The notes under the pieces: model-generated
Database searches by the model: none
The model's input: only the letters and a program-made list of their open reading frames with translations
What the model was told of the DNA's origin: nothing
In this document: one piece after another, positions 13,367 to 26,702 of the stretch
How the letters are laid out: every line of letters begins with the position of its first letter
Position numbering within the stretch: the stretch's first letter is position 1
NCBI GenBank assembly: GCA_040954595.2
Contig: CM082588.2
Span: 12,351,398 to 12,415,397 of the forward strand
From: Balanoglossus misakiensis
Lineage: Eukaryota; Animalia; Hemichordata
Length of the DNA: 64,000 nt
Reading direction: 5' to 3'
Made by a program: the position numbers and the translations under genes

Positions 13367-14529
13367 TAGTGGGGCAATTAACAAAAAAATCGTGCACTTT
13401 GGGTTAAAAGCATGAAACTTGGTACACTAATGCATTGACCCATGGCGGCCATTTTCTGATATGGATCCAAAATGACAGCGCCCTCTAGTGGCCAGAAACA
13501 GACATTCATACTTAAAAACCGTGCACTTCGGGTTAAAAGCCTGAAACTTGGTACACTTATGCATTGACCCATGGCGGCCATTTTATGATATGGATCCAAA
13601 ATGACAGCGCCCTCTTGTGGCCAGAAACTGACATTCACACTTTCCCCCATTAATGGCACTTTTTGGTCATTTGTAACACTCAGAAACAGGAATGTGGGTT
13701 GTAAAACATGCTTGCTACCATACATTCATGTGTGTATTATCCTAATCCTGATATACATGTATCAGATCAATCTTGATTACATCTTCCTTCACAGCAACAA
13801 TGACCACTGCTGTCAGACTAGACCTAAAGCACCTACAGAATCATGTGCATGACTTTTGGCCACTGATTTCCTGAGGTTGACTCTTTTCTTGGGCTTGACT
13901 AAGAGTTGTCCAACTTGATTTCCACTGGGATTCTGTTGGTTTGATATAGCTTTGCTAGGTTTCTCACAGCACATGTTCTTTAGATGCTGCCTGTATTCTC
14001 AAGAACCCTTGACTTTCTGGAGAAGAGGTGTTGTATTACCCCTTTGCATGACTTTGTGTATTGAACTGGTTGTTATTTCGAAGAACAAATCGTTCAATTA
14101 GTAACATACAAGATTGATCTGATGCATGTACATCAGGATTAGGATAATATTCAAAGGAATGTATGGGAGCAAGCATGTTTTACAACCCACATTCCTGTCT
14201 CTGAGTGTTAAACTTGCCCAAAAAGTGTCATTAATGGGGGAAAAGTGTAAATGTCAGTTTCTAGCCACTAGAGGGCGCTGTCTTTTGGGATCCATATTGG
14301 AAAATGTCCGCCATGGGTCAATGAATAATTGTACCAAATTTCATGCTTTTAACCCAAAGTGCACAATTTTTAAGTATGAATGTCTTTTTCTGGCCACTAG
14401 AGGGCGCTGTAATTTTGGATCCATATCAGAAAACGGCCGCCACGGGTCAATGCATAAGTGTACCAAGTTTTATGCTTTTAACCCAAAGTGCACAATTATG
14501 CCAAAATGTGGGGTTTAGCTCCTGCACTA
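13367..14529. mobile_element. 1.16-kb non-autonomous Academ-type element, copy 1
   Basis: TAGTG..CACTA termini, 3-bp TSD ATA (13364-66, 14530-32), long imperfect inverted arms built from ~120-bp subrepeats. Confidence 0.8.
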
Positions 14530-14776
14530 ATATGTGTTCATGCCAAAGCACAAACAGTTATGACCTGACAGCTCAGTTTGTACATCATTTCTACAAATCC
14601 ACAAAGAAACTGAAAGTTTAGAAAAGTCAGGCCTGTAAGAAATATTAGAAATATCACTGTTAATACTTAATTTCAAAGCCATGTGAATTTGTTCAATTTA
14701 AGAAAATTTTTAAAGGAAGGGAGGATAGGTATTGACTTGAATAATTACAATGGATGTTTTTGTTTTCTATTTTCAG

Positions 14777-14896
14777 ATGTGAATGAGTGTTCAGATTCTG
14801 TTTGTGCTGGAGGTTGTCACAATGCAGAGGGTGGATTCAGCTGTAGTTGTGGTGATGATGGTTTTTCTCTGAGTGCAGATCATGTCAATTGTTTAG
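14777..14896 (+). pseudogene. cbEGF exon 3, open frame
   Basis: tttcag| ... |gtaagt; 120 bp, phase 1-1; DVNECSDSVCAGGCHNAEGGFSCSCGDDGFSLSADHVNCL. Confidence 0.85.
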
Positions 14897-16699
14897 GTAA
14901 GTTTTTTTGAGTGGGGAAGGTATAGGCTAACAATGGCTTTGCATTTCCTGCCACAAAAGGGTGCTTACAGAAGTTGTAAGTTGCAGAGATTACAGTCAGT
15001 CACCATGTTAAAAAAGAAAATAATTTAAAGTTATCAGGCACTTTCCATAGTTAGAAATTAAAAATATAGCGTCAAGGACACTTGGTGCTCTCTCAGTGTG
15101 TAGTGGATGACGAGCTGAATGTTTGGAGAACAGTGCAAACACCACAGTGAAATGCTGAACTGATTTGCTCATGTAATATTGAATGCAGCCTGATATGGTG
15201 GGTGCTTGACAGGGGGAAAAACCACTTGTCCTGGGCTCTAATAACTGTTTTAAATTAAGTCTTAAAAATGGCCTGCACTCACAAATGGCCTCACACAAAT
15301 ATATTGTCATTTCCCTCTCAGATTCTGTATCTTATGTTATACTGATGGATTCATTGTGTATGTCATATCAAATTGCACCAGTGCGAGCTATGAGAAATGT
15401 GTTTTGAAAAAAAAAACAGTGCAAGTAGAAGTACTAGTCTAAAAGTGAAAGAAATACATTTGGAAAAAAAATATCAGACAGCATTCAAGATCAGCTGAAG
15501 TGTTTTGATAAAATTTCTCCATATTCAAGTATATACTGTCATGTGCTGACTATAGTAGTGTAGGTGGTAGCAAAAAAATACATGAATTGTTCAAACAGAA
15601 AGTTCAATCATTTAGTTTCCCCAGTTTATGGGAGCATAGCAGTTGTGAACATAGTATATGAAATAAATTAAAATAGTCATTGCTCTCTGGTGCATCATTT
15701 TCGGTAGAAGTGACCTGATTTCACATCAATAGTTTCCCACCCGTCATTTCCAGCTAATTTCATGTAGAACAAAACGCCTATACAACATAATAACATTTCT
15801 GGAAGCTTTTTTTGCTGGTTGGGCCCACAGACTAACACTAGTGGTTCTAAAAAGAAACTTCCATAACAACCTGTACGCTTGACGCATTCAAGTCAGGGCA
15901 CACCTAACCCATTCAAAATATGCAAATTAGAAAAAGACGCATATGCATTATTTGTGTCCCCAGAGACACACACAGGAAATGAAGCAAGTGCGGCCACTAA
16001 CTGGAAGAGCTGAATTCAATGGATTGCCTTACAATGTTCATGATACAGGGGGGGTGATGATCAATGAACAGAACAGCGGTCCACTTTCACGCATTGTAAT
16101 GCACTGATCATGGCAAGTTGATCATGTCAAAACAAACGACGATGTTAGATAGCAGTGCTTCGCAAGTTTGACTAATTTGTATGAAAATCGTCTCGCCAAA
16201 CTTTTTTCTCGCGGGTAGCAAAAACACTGCTGGCTAATCCGTTCCGATTTCTGTCCCTGTTCCAATTCTTCCGCAACACCTCAAAGCTACACACCACCGC
16301 CAAAAACATAAAGCTACACACCCCTACTAGAAAATGGTATGAATTCTTGACGGACGGAAGTAGTTTGACAGACGGTAGTAGCTCATACCCAACTTGACAG
16401 ACTCCTCTGTTTACACTTCGGAGCCAAAAAAATGAGTTTATTGTCTCGTGCATGATATTTTTGGCTTTCAAACACTACCTTGTTAAATGTAATGTGGTTA
16501 CTACATTGTTTGTTTATCAGTATACAGTACTGGTACAGATAAACATATGTAATGACCAAGTTATATGCCAGATGATATTTATTAAGTTTCACACAATTTT
16601 GCTCTCTTGTCGTATATTTTCAAATGTGTACTCAAAGAAAACTGTAATTCACATGTATTCATTCTAACACATTTTATGATATTTGTGTTTTCCCCGCAG

Positions 16700-16811
16700 A
16701 TGACAATGAGTGCGATCAAGCTGGTTGGTCCCCATGCCAACAAGTAGGTTGCAACACACCAACCAGTTACCAGAGTGTGGTTGCAGACCAGGATTCAACA
16801 TACATGCGTTT
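16700..16811 (+). pseudogene. cbEGF exon 4, frameshifted
   Basis: ccgcag| DDNECDQAGWSPCQQVGCNTPTSY, then a frameshift to CGCRPGFNIHAF, ending at |gtgagt. Confidence 0.7.
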
Positions 16812-16961
16812 GTGAGTATCTACAATTTGGAGAGAAAGTAAGATGTATGGGTTAGTACTTAGTGTCTTATACATGTATATGTGACACTGAAATCATATAT
16901 TGTACAGTCATTGGTAAATGTCTGCTATTCATGACAAGGATCAACATACAGTCAAACCTGT

Positions 16962-19900
16962 TAGTGTGGTATGATGTGTATTCCCGTAGGATTTTTGTGT
17001 TAAAATTGATTTTTTTGCTGTTTTGGCTTCTATGGGGACCCAACTACCTGAAAATGATGGGGTGCAATTTTAAGGGCCCCTCCATCATATTTTTCGGGGG
17101 GGGGGGGGGGGGTACTTCCGTTTTGTGGTATGATGTGTATTCCCGTAGGATTTTTGTGCTAAAATTGATTGTTTTTGCTGTTTGGTTTCAATGGGGACCC
17201 AACTACCCAAAAATCATGGGGTGCAATTTTTAGGGCCCCTCCATCAATTTTTTTCGGGGGGTCTCTTCTGTTGTGGTCACTCGAGGATATTTGTATATTT
17301 TTTCACCTATTTACTCTATCATCATGGGAATTTGGGCTACAATTAATTTATTTTTGTAGTTTTTGCCTTGGAGGGGACCCACCTGGCCAAAAATAATTGG
17401 GTGCAAATTATAGGGCCCCTCCATCATTTTTTATTTGGGGGGGGGGCACTTCCATTTTGGCCACTCCGAAGTTGTTTGTTGGCCTATTTACTCTATTATC
17501 ATGGGAATTTGGGCTACAATTAATTTGTTTAATTAATTTGCCTTGGAGGGGACCCACCTGGCCAAAAATAATAGGGTGCAAATTATAGGCCCCCCCATCA
17601 TTTTTTATTGGGGGGGCACTTCCATTTTGGCCACTCCGAAGTTGTTTGTTGGCCTATTTACTCCCTTCTCATAGAATATTTTGCTAAAAATATTATTTTT
17701 CTTTGATGTTTTGGTTTCAATGGGGCTCTACCAGAACTAAAATGATGGGATTCAAATTTTTGGAACCTTCCATCATGTCTTGGGGGGGGGGGGTAATCAT
17801 TTCTGTTTTAGCCACCCTGAAGATACTTGTTCACCTATTTACTATACGGTTAGTATTGTCGTGGTATTTCTTGCAATTTGGTTTGCTCCTTGAATGCAAA
17901 CTGACTGCCGAAAAGTGATGGTGTGCAAAATGTTGGACCCCTTTACCACATTTTTTTGGTAGGGGGGGGGGGGTTCCTTATATTTGTTTTCGCCAACCCG
18001 TTGTAACAGTTGTTTTTTAATCGTAGATTTTTTCGTTTATTCTAAATTTAGTATACTAAGGTAAATTAAAACTCCTTTATATATAATAGAGTACATAATG
18101 TGTATTTTAGTTTATTTTCCGAGCTACAGTCCCATCTCATAAAATGAACCCTTGAGGCACCCTCCCTACCACGGAAGGTGCAATAAACAACCCAAGAAGC
18201 ATAACGATTCTTTTCTGATATCTTGGTATTCTCAATGATCATTTTCACAAAAAAAAGTTCTGTTTGATCTACTCATCGTCAGTGTCGTTATCTTCAAGAA
18301 AATTTTCCCTTAATTGGTTTTCAGTCTCCACCATAGCATTTGCAGAGGGAGTACATGGTAAATCATTCTTTGAGCAACTGCAACGTCCCCTACAACCAGC
18401 TTTGCAGCCACATTTGATAAGCTCTAGTACTGCCTTTGGGAGAGCAAGACATTTTACTGGATAAAACACGCCATTCTCTGATTTCCACCCATTCTTTTCG
18501 ATTGGTGGAAGTTCAGGACAATTTTTTGCGTATGATTTATCCCTCATTGTGATGAAGGGGTGGCACCCTTTTCACAGATCACGCAAATCTTGTTTTTATC
18601 TTTAAAATTAATTCTGTAGTTTATTGCAAAATGTCCAAATATCTATCGATCTGGAACGTAATACGCGGCTTACGGTGCTAAGAAAATAGCCAATATGTAT
18701 TTAGTAATAAAACTGAGATATAGTTCACAGACTTGTTTTATTTTCAGTAGTATTGAGCTTCAAAATGAGCCAAATTTGATATTGTTAATGTTTACCAAAA
18801 ACAAGTTTTAGAAGTAAGACATAGTTCAAGGGCTTTTTACAGCACTATTACGCTATTGGCGTGAAAAGTTTGAAAATACTACTTTAAAATAGACAATACT
18901 TCAACTGATATGTACTTCACAGGCTTTATTTACGACAGTATTTAACTTTGAAATGAGTTCAACTGAATATCATTTTAATACCCCAAAATACAAGTGTTGA
19001 ACTAAAACGTACTTCAGAGTTTTTGCACAGACTGATATCAGTGAGAATTTTAGTACAATGGTAAATATCTCAGACATTGATTGTGCTACGAAAGAATAAA
19101 CAACTCTTAACGAAAAAGTTCACATCTACACAGACTTCCACTAATTGCCCCGGGAAAGAGAAACAAGTGCAACCCTAATATAATATACTATTTGGTATAG
19201 CCTACTTTACTTTTGTAAACCATAGAAAACATGAGTGTGGTGATGAGTTGGGTGGCGGTCCAAGGTGAGGGGAGGTATCTTATGCTAAGTCCAAACCAGA
19301 GAGATATTTGTGGTTGATTTGTTAGTGTCATAAATCAACTAAGTATATTTATAAAACTAAGATAGCGCTTTAGTATATGCGACAACTGATACAAATGTAG
19401 GTAACTGATATGTTTACCCCATAAACCGTCTAATATTTGAGATTGCCAAAATGTGGAGAGGCCCTAAAATTTGACCTCCCTCATTTTTGAGCAGCCCCAT
19501 AGAAGTTAAAAAAAGGAAATTGGAAGAAATCCTTTACAAATTCACATGTCACACTATGAAGGTTAGCTCAATGAACAAATATCTCCAGGGCTGCTAAAAC
19601 TAAAGTGACCCCCCTGCAAGAAAATGTGATGGAGGGGTCAGACAAATTGATTTCCATCATTTTGGGGATGTTTATTCATCATTGAAACCAAAACAGCAAA
19701 CAAAACAAATAACTATCAGCATCAGAGAATACACGAAATAGGTGAACAAATACCGTTAAGATTGTCGAAACGGAAGTGCCCCCCCACAAATGTAATAGAG
19801 GGGCCCTAAATTTGCATGTGATCTTTTGTGACCAGGTGGGTCCCAATTTAAGTCAAAACAGCAAAAAAAAATATTTAGCAGATAATTCTACGAAAATGGA

Positions 19901-20252
19901 GTAGATAGGTGAATAAATATCTTCAGGGAGGCCAAAACGGGAGTGACCCCCCGAAAAAAAAATGATGGAGGGGCCCTAAAAATTGCACCCCATCATTTTT
20001 GGGTAGTTGGGTCCCCATTGAAGCCAAAACAGCAAAAAATCAATTTTAGCACAAAAATCCTACAGGATAACACATCATACCACAAAACGGAAGTACCCCC
20101 CCCCAGAAAAATATGATGGAGGGGCCCTTAAAATTGCACCCCATCATTTTCGGGTAGTTGGGTCCCCATAGAAGCCAAAACAGCAAAAAAATCAATTTTA
20201 GCACAAAAAAATCCTACGGGAGCTGTTTTTCTCGACATACCATACCGCACTA
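16962..20252 (-). mobile_element. 3.3-kb non-autonomous Academ deletion derivative with long repetitive TIRs
   Basis: Termini TAGTGTGGTATG..CATACCGCACTA, TSD TGT (16959-61, 20253-55), subterminal ~150-180-bp repeats mirrored at both ends. It keeps a minus-strand Cys8 remnant at 18269-18547 (GW..LELIKCGCKAGCRGRCSCSKNDLPCT, frameshifted). It sits inside a cagtcaaacctg-type MITE. Confidence 0.85.
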
Positions 20253-20884
20253 TGTGTGAGTGGCCACCTCTATTAGGCAGCCACCTCTATATAGTGGCCA
20301 CTTTATTCTAGTCCCTGTGCAATTTACATCTACATTAATTGACTTTTCTACAAGGTATAATGGCCACCTATCTATAAAGGCCAGTTTAGAAAAGTCCCTT
20401 CACTAGCCATAATGAGCAGGTTTCACAGCTGTTGTGTTGATTTCTGTCTGTTTTACGTGTAACACAATCATGACATTTTTCATAAAGAGGGCAGCCTTCC
20501 AAAATAAAGTGTCATCTCAATGCAGACAATGTGAAAAAGGCGGTCAGTAGAGTACTGCTCGAGCTCATCTAGTTTGTTTATACATGATACAAGTTGCGTG
20601 TAAAACTGACCTTACAATAAAATGTGGCTGTCGAACATAAGTCCCAACTATAGTGGTGATACACAAGACATCAAGTTTTTACTCTGTAACCAACTGGCCT
20701 CGTGTTCGCGTCTTGGAAGGGTAACATGACTGCATAGCAATGTTTTATGACAATTTGGTACATAGAGAAATGGAATACTGTGACAGTATTGACTCTGGGA
20801 ACTATGTAGATGATGCCCAGCCTAAAAATACTGACTGTCTGCAATTATAGTTTTAGCATTTTTGTTCAATTGCACTTTCAAGTA

Positions 20885-21049
20885 CAGTCAAACCCGTCTA
20901 ACACCAAAGGGACTGAAGAAATTGTTCAGATTGCAGGTGTCCAATTTAAAGAGGTTCTTTCAACATGTGGTTCCATGTCAAAGGGTTTGAACAATGTCTT
21001 TGGAATAGACAGGTTTCCCGACAGGGTTCGGTTGAGACAGGTTTTACTG
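20885..21049. mobile_element. Tc1/pogo-like MITE
   Basis: TA|CAGTCAAACCCGTCT ... AGACAGGTTTTACTG|TA. Confidence 0.65.
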
Positions 21050-22245
21050 TATTTTGATACATGCTCTGGCTTAACCCTATCACCACCATGGTTCAGTCTA
21101 AACCCGTTTGTTTTCTATGGTAAGGTTGGATCTTTAAAGAGAAAACTGTTTTTTTTCTGGGAATCTCTTTATTTCTTCTGTCACAAAAATTGCATGGGAA
21201 TTCTAATTCTAAAAGGAAAACTGATTTGATAAAAGATCTCAAAGTCAAGTTTTGGATGTGGCTCCAGTTCAAGTATTGTAGGTGACTAGTTTTCTGGAGT
21301 TCAAGTCTGTATACTTGCAATAGAGTTGGTCACATGGACTTGGGTAATCTGAGTGTGTCAGAAATTGAACTTACATACATTGAGTTGAGTAAAAGAACAT
21401 GTCTGGTGTATTACTGTAATATGACTAGATACAGCAAATGCCTTAACTATAAGCGTATGTGAAAAATCGCAGTTTTCATCGATATATCTGATTCACGACA
21501 TTAAATACACATGTTCATTAAAACCTACTATGATAGAGCGCCCCCACTGTTTAGAATGTCAATTTTGAAGTCCTACATCTATGACATCATGCCTAGCTGT
21601 CAATGTTAACTGATTTGTACTTGTACTACTAGTAAATGGAAGTATTTTAAAGTAAAGCTCAGATGCAAGTTTTTGTAAAATAAATATAATATTAAAACGT
21701 TGCAATCATTTTAGTCCTTTGGAACAGCGGTCCAATTGACTAATGTGATCACTCTGTGTGCGGCATATGGCATATTAAGCATTTAGTATTTTTCAATCAG
21801 AAGCCATTAATCCTGTGATTAATTCTGCTTCTTGCATCATTGATTTAAATCACCACACATGAATATTTTTTTTCCAAAGGACTGCGGTGCCCAAGTTTTA
21901 TGATAAGATAAATAAACAATGAAATTCACTGAAGAAGTGAGCGAGCACTTGCCCATTCATTGTTCAATGAAAGGTGACCACCAAAACAAAAGTATTGAGA
22001 AAATAACCCGAAGTTGGAGTTACTGAGTTTTAAATTGATTTCAATAATCTCCCAAGTGAAAAGCTTGGCTTGGCTGAAGCTCCTGTAGTCATGTTACCTG
22101 TAGGTAGATTGACACAGATGACAATGTTTGACTGTTTACACATTTCTTTGTTTGATCTTTCAGAACATTTTTTTTCATTTCTGCTGAAATCCAGTCCATC
22201 ACCAATTGTGATTACTCAGTCCTGTTTACTGTTTATTGTTGACAG

Positions 22246-22433
22246 ATTTGAATCTGGAGGTGGAAAGGCTGGACACAGGACTGGGATTTCTAAACACCCA
22301 ACTATGGAGAGCATGGCAGAGACATTTTCTGTCAAGCTGGCAATGAAGTGGTATGACTGGCTGTTAGCTGCACTGGATTGTTACACCTGGGTGTTTGGTG
22401 AGAAGTTACTAGGACCAGCAGACTTGTTTTCAG
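22246..22433 (+). pseudogene. PRKDC: DNA-PKcs exon (first one visible)
   Basis: gacag| ... |gttggt; FESGGGKAGHRTGISKHPTM..WYDWLLAALDCYTWVFGEK resembles human FEGGG..WLDLLLAALECYNTFIGER (recalled). Confidence 0.85.
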
Positions 22434-22667
22434 GTTGGTCTGAAATTTTTGTCTTCACATATTCGCTGAACACTGCGTCTCACGTGACTAAGCAAGACAC
22501 CTCACGAAGACTGACACAGATACAGGCCATCCGCCATTTTGTAATGTGTTAGTTTTTTGACACTCTGGAAATGGTCTAATGCGCATGTCTGTTGTAAAAC
22601 TTACGTACATTTGTGTCAGTAGTTGCATTAATTTTAGCTTCACTTCCATCATAAACTGTTAGTTTTT

Positions 22668-23277
22668 GGGGTCCCATTGGTATGTACCATGGGACCTTAT
22701 GGGATCGGTTGCGTTTGTATGTATGTATGTGTGTATGTATGGATGGATGGATGGATGGATGGATGGATGGATGGATGTCTGTATGTCCGTCCACATCAAA
22801 AACTTGTAAACCGCTGCGTGTATCACCTTGATATTTGGTGTGCTGATGCAGGCTGGGCTCTAGATGGAAGTTCGTTCAAATGAAGTTGTCATTGCCAAAA
22901 ATATGCAAATTAGCTGGAAAAATGTGAATTTGGGCAAAACTCAGTAACTCAAGAAGTACTGGTCAGATTGCTTTGCAAAGTGGTGTGTATTTACTTTATT
23001 GAGTTGGTTTAATTAGGCAGGAACTCCCCTCCTGTGATTCATATGAACACGGTAAATTTCTGAATGATTACATAACTGGCTAAGTTTTAAAGAGGCCAGC
23101 TGTTCTATTTAGTGTATGTGCAGTACATATGCCATGGCAGCTTATGGGTCAGTCAGTGTTTGCCCATTGATCTCTCGCTATGTGTGTGTGTGTGTCTGTA
23201 TATGGCCCTGTACTCCGGTGTAGACTTTTTCTTTGTAATCACTCAATGGGACCACCGTGTCCTTGACGCGATTTTTA
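22668..23277 (+). mobile_element. Helitron2/Helentron-type non-autonomous element, family B
   Basis: 5' hairpin ggtcccattgg..ccatgggacc, (TATG/GATG)n microsatellite, 3' inverted aatgggacc, 3' hairpin cgtgtccttgacgcg, T-rich flanks, no TSD. Confidence 0.75.
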
Positions 23278-23481
23278 AAATATGTTTATTCAGGAAGGGT
23301 AAAAATGATTGCCAAGAAACGTGACAGATTGACTCTAGCATGGAAGTAATAGAAAGTTTGTTTATTAGCCAATGAGATTCCACAATTCTAAATACGGCGG
23401 TTTGTGCTTACCTGCCTCTTTGATGTTTGTCACTGAGGCAGGGTACCAGTCAATCTTCACATACATCGGTCAATTGTTCTT

Positions 23482-24627
23482 ATATATAATCCCATGATAT
23501 TTTTCTTTGTTTGACGTCATCGTATATGAGTGCACGAGTATACGATGACGTTAAACAAAGAAAAATATCATGGGATTATATATTTATCACATGAACAGTC
23601 TTCTTATTTTCGTTAGAAGAGGTAGGATAAAAATATTCCAATATCTTGCTAAAATATTCGAGCAGCCTTGCAGTTTATTTAGCGGGATTACATTCTTTCC
23701 CCTGCGCAACGATCTGTGGCCCCCACGAGATATGCTAATTATGGAATCCCTTTCATTCATAAAGTGAAATCGACTTTCAAGTTTATACACTTTTGCGTCT
23801 TGTCTACCAATCAGATTCGCGGAGTCAGTCACATGGGCCAGAATTTTGATACATTCTGCCTGTCAATCATCGTCTCGCGCTGTGTACATGTCAACACAAG
23901 TCATCGCGTCGAGTTCACCCGCAAAGTTATGCTGCGAGTCGCAGTTTGACAGAAAAAATGACGCGCTTCATGAAAAAATAACACAGTTCCATTGCCATAT
24001 ATCCTAAAACCGTTATTGTGACAGGATATTAAAAATATTAGTCCAGGAACGATGTTCAAGGTTGCATTTGCGTCGGCCTGGCTAGTCAGCGCCGTTGTGT
24101 TTCCGCAGAAACTACAACCCTCGTACAGAATCTCATCCTTGAACCCCACACAAATGTTTTCGATTCTCAAACAAATGAACTGCGACATTTTTCCACGTCT
24201 TATACATTTCGTTGACCGGTGGACAGAATACAGAGTGTTAGTCGTCCCGCTCAGGTGGCTCGAAATCATTCTCGTAACTTCCGTAAGCCTAAAATCAAGT
24301 GTGCTGGCTCGCTCGGGATCGACCAGGCTGGCTAGCTTCAAGCACACATTCACGATCGTAGCGTCGACGTTTCAAATTCTACCTTTCTCGTATTGCTTTT
24401 ACCAAGCGATATTCTTTCGCAACCGTCATGGAACCGTCATTTTTATTTCAATCGTGTACAACTACGGGTTTATGCACTTGTTATTCCGTTTTACAAGGAA
24501 GTTATAGCGACGGGCGAATCAGTGAAAATAGTTCCAGTTGATGACGTAGAACAGGGGAAAATTCGGATTTTTTGTTCGACCTGTTCTACGTCACACTGGT
24601 GGCTATACGGGCCAGTTCATGTGATAA
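23482..24627. mobile_element. Crypton-like element, copy 2
   Basis: Alignable along its length to 3980-5168, with the centre of the terminal palindrome deleted. Confidence 0.7.
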
Positions 24628-24906
24628 TCAACACAACAAATAAAAAAATGAAGTTTGTTTGTGGAGTTTTATTTTTTACAGTAACACTACCTAATGTAAA
24701 ACAACATGTAGTATTGCTCATTTGAAACACAAGCAATCTCATAAGGTTGTCTTTGATTAGTTCGTTCCTCATCAGTCAATTTACTCTTTGAACAGGTGTA
24801 ATACAGGTGCATAAATGGCTAACCTATTACCGGTAGGTTGGGTCATCTAAAGCACTGTGTATTACCCAAATACAACACTGTGCTTGTATTTGCAGAATAG
24901 ACATAA

Positions 24907-25224
24907 GGCCAAAATATTAAAGTAAATTCTTTATTTTGCACCCACTGAGTATTCTGTTAGCTAGGTGGCTGAACGGTTATAAAACAGTACACAACAAAAA
25001 TCTAATACAAAACAATTTTTCCTTCATTTTTTCATGCTATATGAATGTCCCTGTAGTGATTTGGTTCAGTGGTTGTCTTATGACTGCACAGAGTCATGAC
25101 TTAATTTTGTGAGACAATATTGTCCATAAGAAAAATTTCCCAAGAAAACTTTGCATGTGTTTTACTTGAAAACATTTGAAAACTTATATTTGTGTGGATG
25201 TAACACAAAGAATTTACTTTGGCC
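24907..25224. mobile_element. Zator-like MITE
   Basis: TAA|GGCCAAA..gtaaattcttt ... aaagaatttacTTTGGCC|TAA, i.e. GG..CC termini with a TAA TSD. Confidence 0.65.
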
Positions 25225-25341
25225 TAATATTTAACAGACAAATTGACCTATCCTAAGCCAAAGAATTTGCTTGAGCTTGAATTGAATTTTTTCTGACAAC
25301 TAGTGTGTCATTATTTGAATTTATTTTATCTTTGCACACAG

Positions 25342-25571
25342 GGAAAGTGCAAAAAACCAGCAGTCTGTTTGAATCGCTGGAGTTCTTTCTGACAAAGCTT
25401 GCGTTAGAAGATATCTATGGTGCAGCCAAGTGTTTTGACACAACTGTGCAAGGACTGGTGTTTACTCCAAGAGAGATGGAAAGTTACAACAAGAGCGAAT
25501 GTACTATCATTGTTCAATTGATTGATTTCCTGACTGTCTTGCTGGCTCTCCACTCCAATGAATTGGGAAAG
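25342..25571 (+). pseudogene. PRKDC: DNA-PKcs exon
   Basis: cacag| ... |gtaagg; SSLFESLEFFLTKLALEDIYGAAKCF..TPREMESYNKSECTIIVQLIDF resembles human [39 protein letters not shown]. Phase is compatible with the preceding exon. Confidence 0.9.
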
Positions 25572-25760
25572 GTAAGGATGAAGGATGCAGTTTTTCGCCT
25601 CAAAATGTGAGCACAGTGTCATTTATGCTATTTTTGTTATACAAGGGACATTTTATCAATTTTATTTCTGTTTATGTGATATAAGAAGGGTGAGGTTGAT
25701 CCAACAAAAAATTACATAAAACAATATTGATTATGAGTAGTGATTTAAGGTATACTTTAC

Positions 25761-26098
25761 AGGAACAAAGTCTCTCTCTCGCTGCCTTTTATCCATTAAC
25801 TATGTTTGATACTAGACACCGTTTATGTCATGTGGATATATAGTGAATAAACGTTCGACCACACACACCTTCCATCCCATTTGAAGGATATGAGAGTAAA
25901 AATCTCGCCAAAATGAATAAACGGTAAACACCAATTATTCAATTTGGTGACTTTTTCACTCTAGTGTCTGCAAGTGGGATGGAAGTTGTGTGTGGTCGAA
26001 CGTTGATTCACTATATATCCACATGTAGAATAACATAAACAGTGTCTTGTATCAAACATAATTTATGGAAAAGGCAGCAAGAGAGAGACTTTGTCCCA
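25761..26098. mobile_element. Palindromic (foldback) MITE
   Basis: acaaagtctctctctcgctgcctttt... is mirrored by ...aaaaggcagcaagagagagactttgt. A half copy lies at about 63022-63212. Confidence 0.7.
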
Positions 26099-26492
26099 TT
26101 TCACCCAAGTTCTCTCTTTAGAGGTCCAACATTCCATAGGAAACAATGTGTTTGGACTGAACCATGGCTGTGAAAGGGTTAAACAGTACTTGTAAAAAGT
26201 GTTGTTGTTTAGAACTGTCCAGTCAGACCAGCCATTCACCTGTTATATCTCACTTCATCTACTTTGTGATAATTTTCCTTGCCTCTGCAAATTCTTCAAA
26301 TATAATTTACTGGTTCAATATGCATTTACGTAGTTACTTGAAGTTCAAAGACAAGTATGACATGCCCTTTAAAAGCTGCTCTAACCCTGTTACCACAATT
26401 GTTTCTATGGTGAAATTGGACCTCTTTAGGGGATTAGGGAATGAAAGGGTTAAGAGTGAATATATTCATTTGGTTATTGATGTCTAAAGGTA

Positions 26493-26680
26493 CTGTAAAA
26501 CAGTTTATTTTCGCGAGCAATAAATTTTCGCGAGATACACGAGAGCCAAAAAATAGTGAAAATAAAAAGTCGCAAAAAATGTTTTTGAAAGATAACAATG
26601 CAGTAAATGAAAATATGGAAACGTGAAAAGTAATTCTCGCATAACAGTTGCCTCTTTCATGAAAATAACCTGTTTTACAG
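26493..26680. mobile_element. pogo/Tigger-like MITE
   Basis: TA|CTGTAAAACAGTTTATTTTC ... GAAAATAACCTGTTTTACAG|TA. Confidence 0.75.
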
Positions 26681-26702
26681 TATACGTTTGCAGTCCATAT
26701 TT

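Noticed and set aside
13367-14529. CACTA/EnSpm classification
   Set aside because: The termini are TAGTG..CACTA, the reverse of CACTA..TAGTG, and fit Academ TAG..CTA.
20430-22240. Preceding PRKDC exon or the ORF at 20810-21229
   Set aside because: No spliceable frame resembling DNA-PKcs was found, and the ORF runs through MITEs.
23901-24725. 150-aa ORFs inside the Crypton-like repeat
   Set aside because: The frames are broken differently in the 3980-5168 copy and contain no recognisable motif. They could be decayed coding sequence, but I cannot support that.
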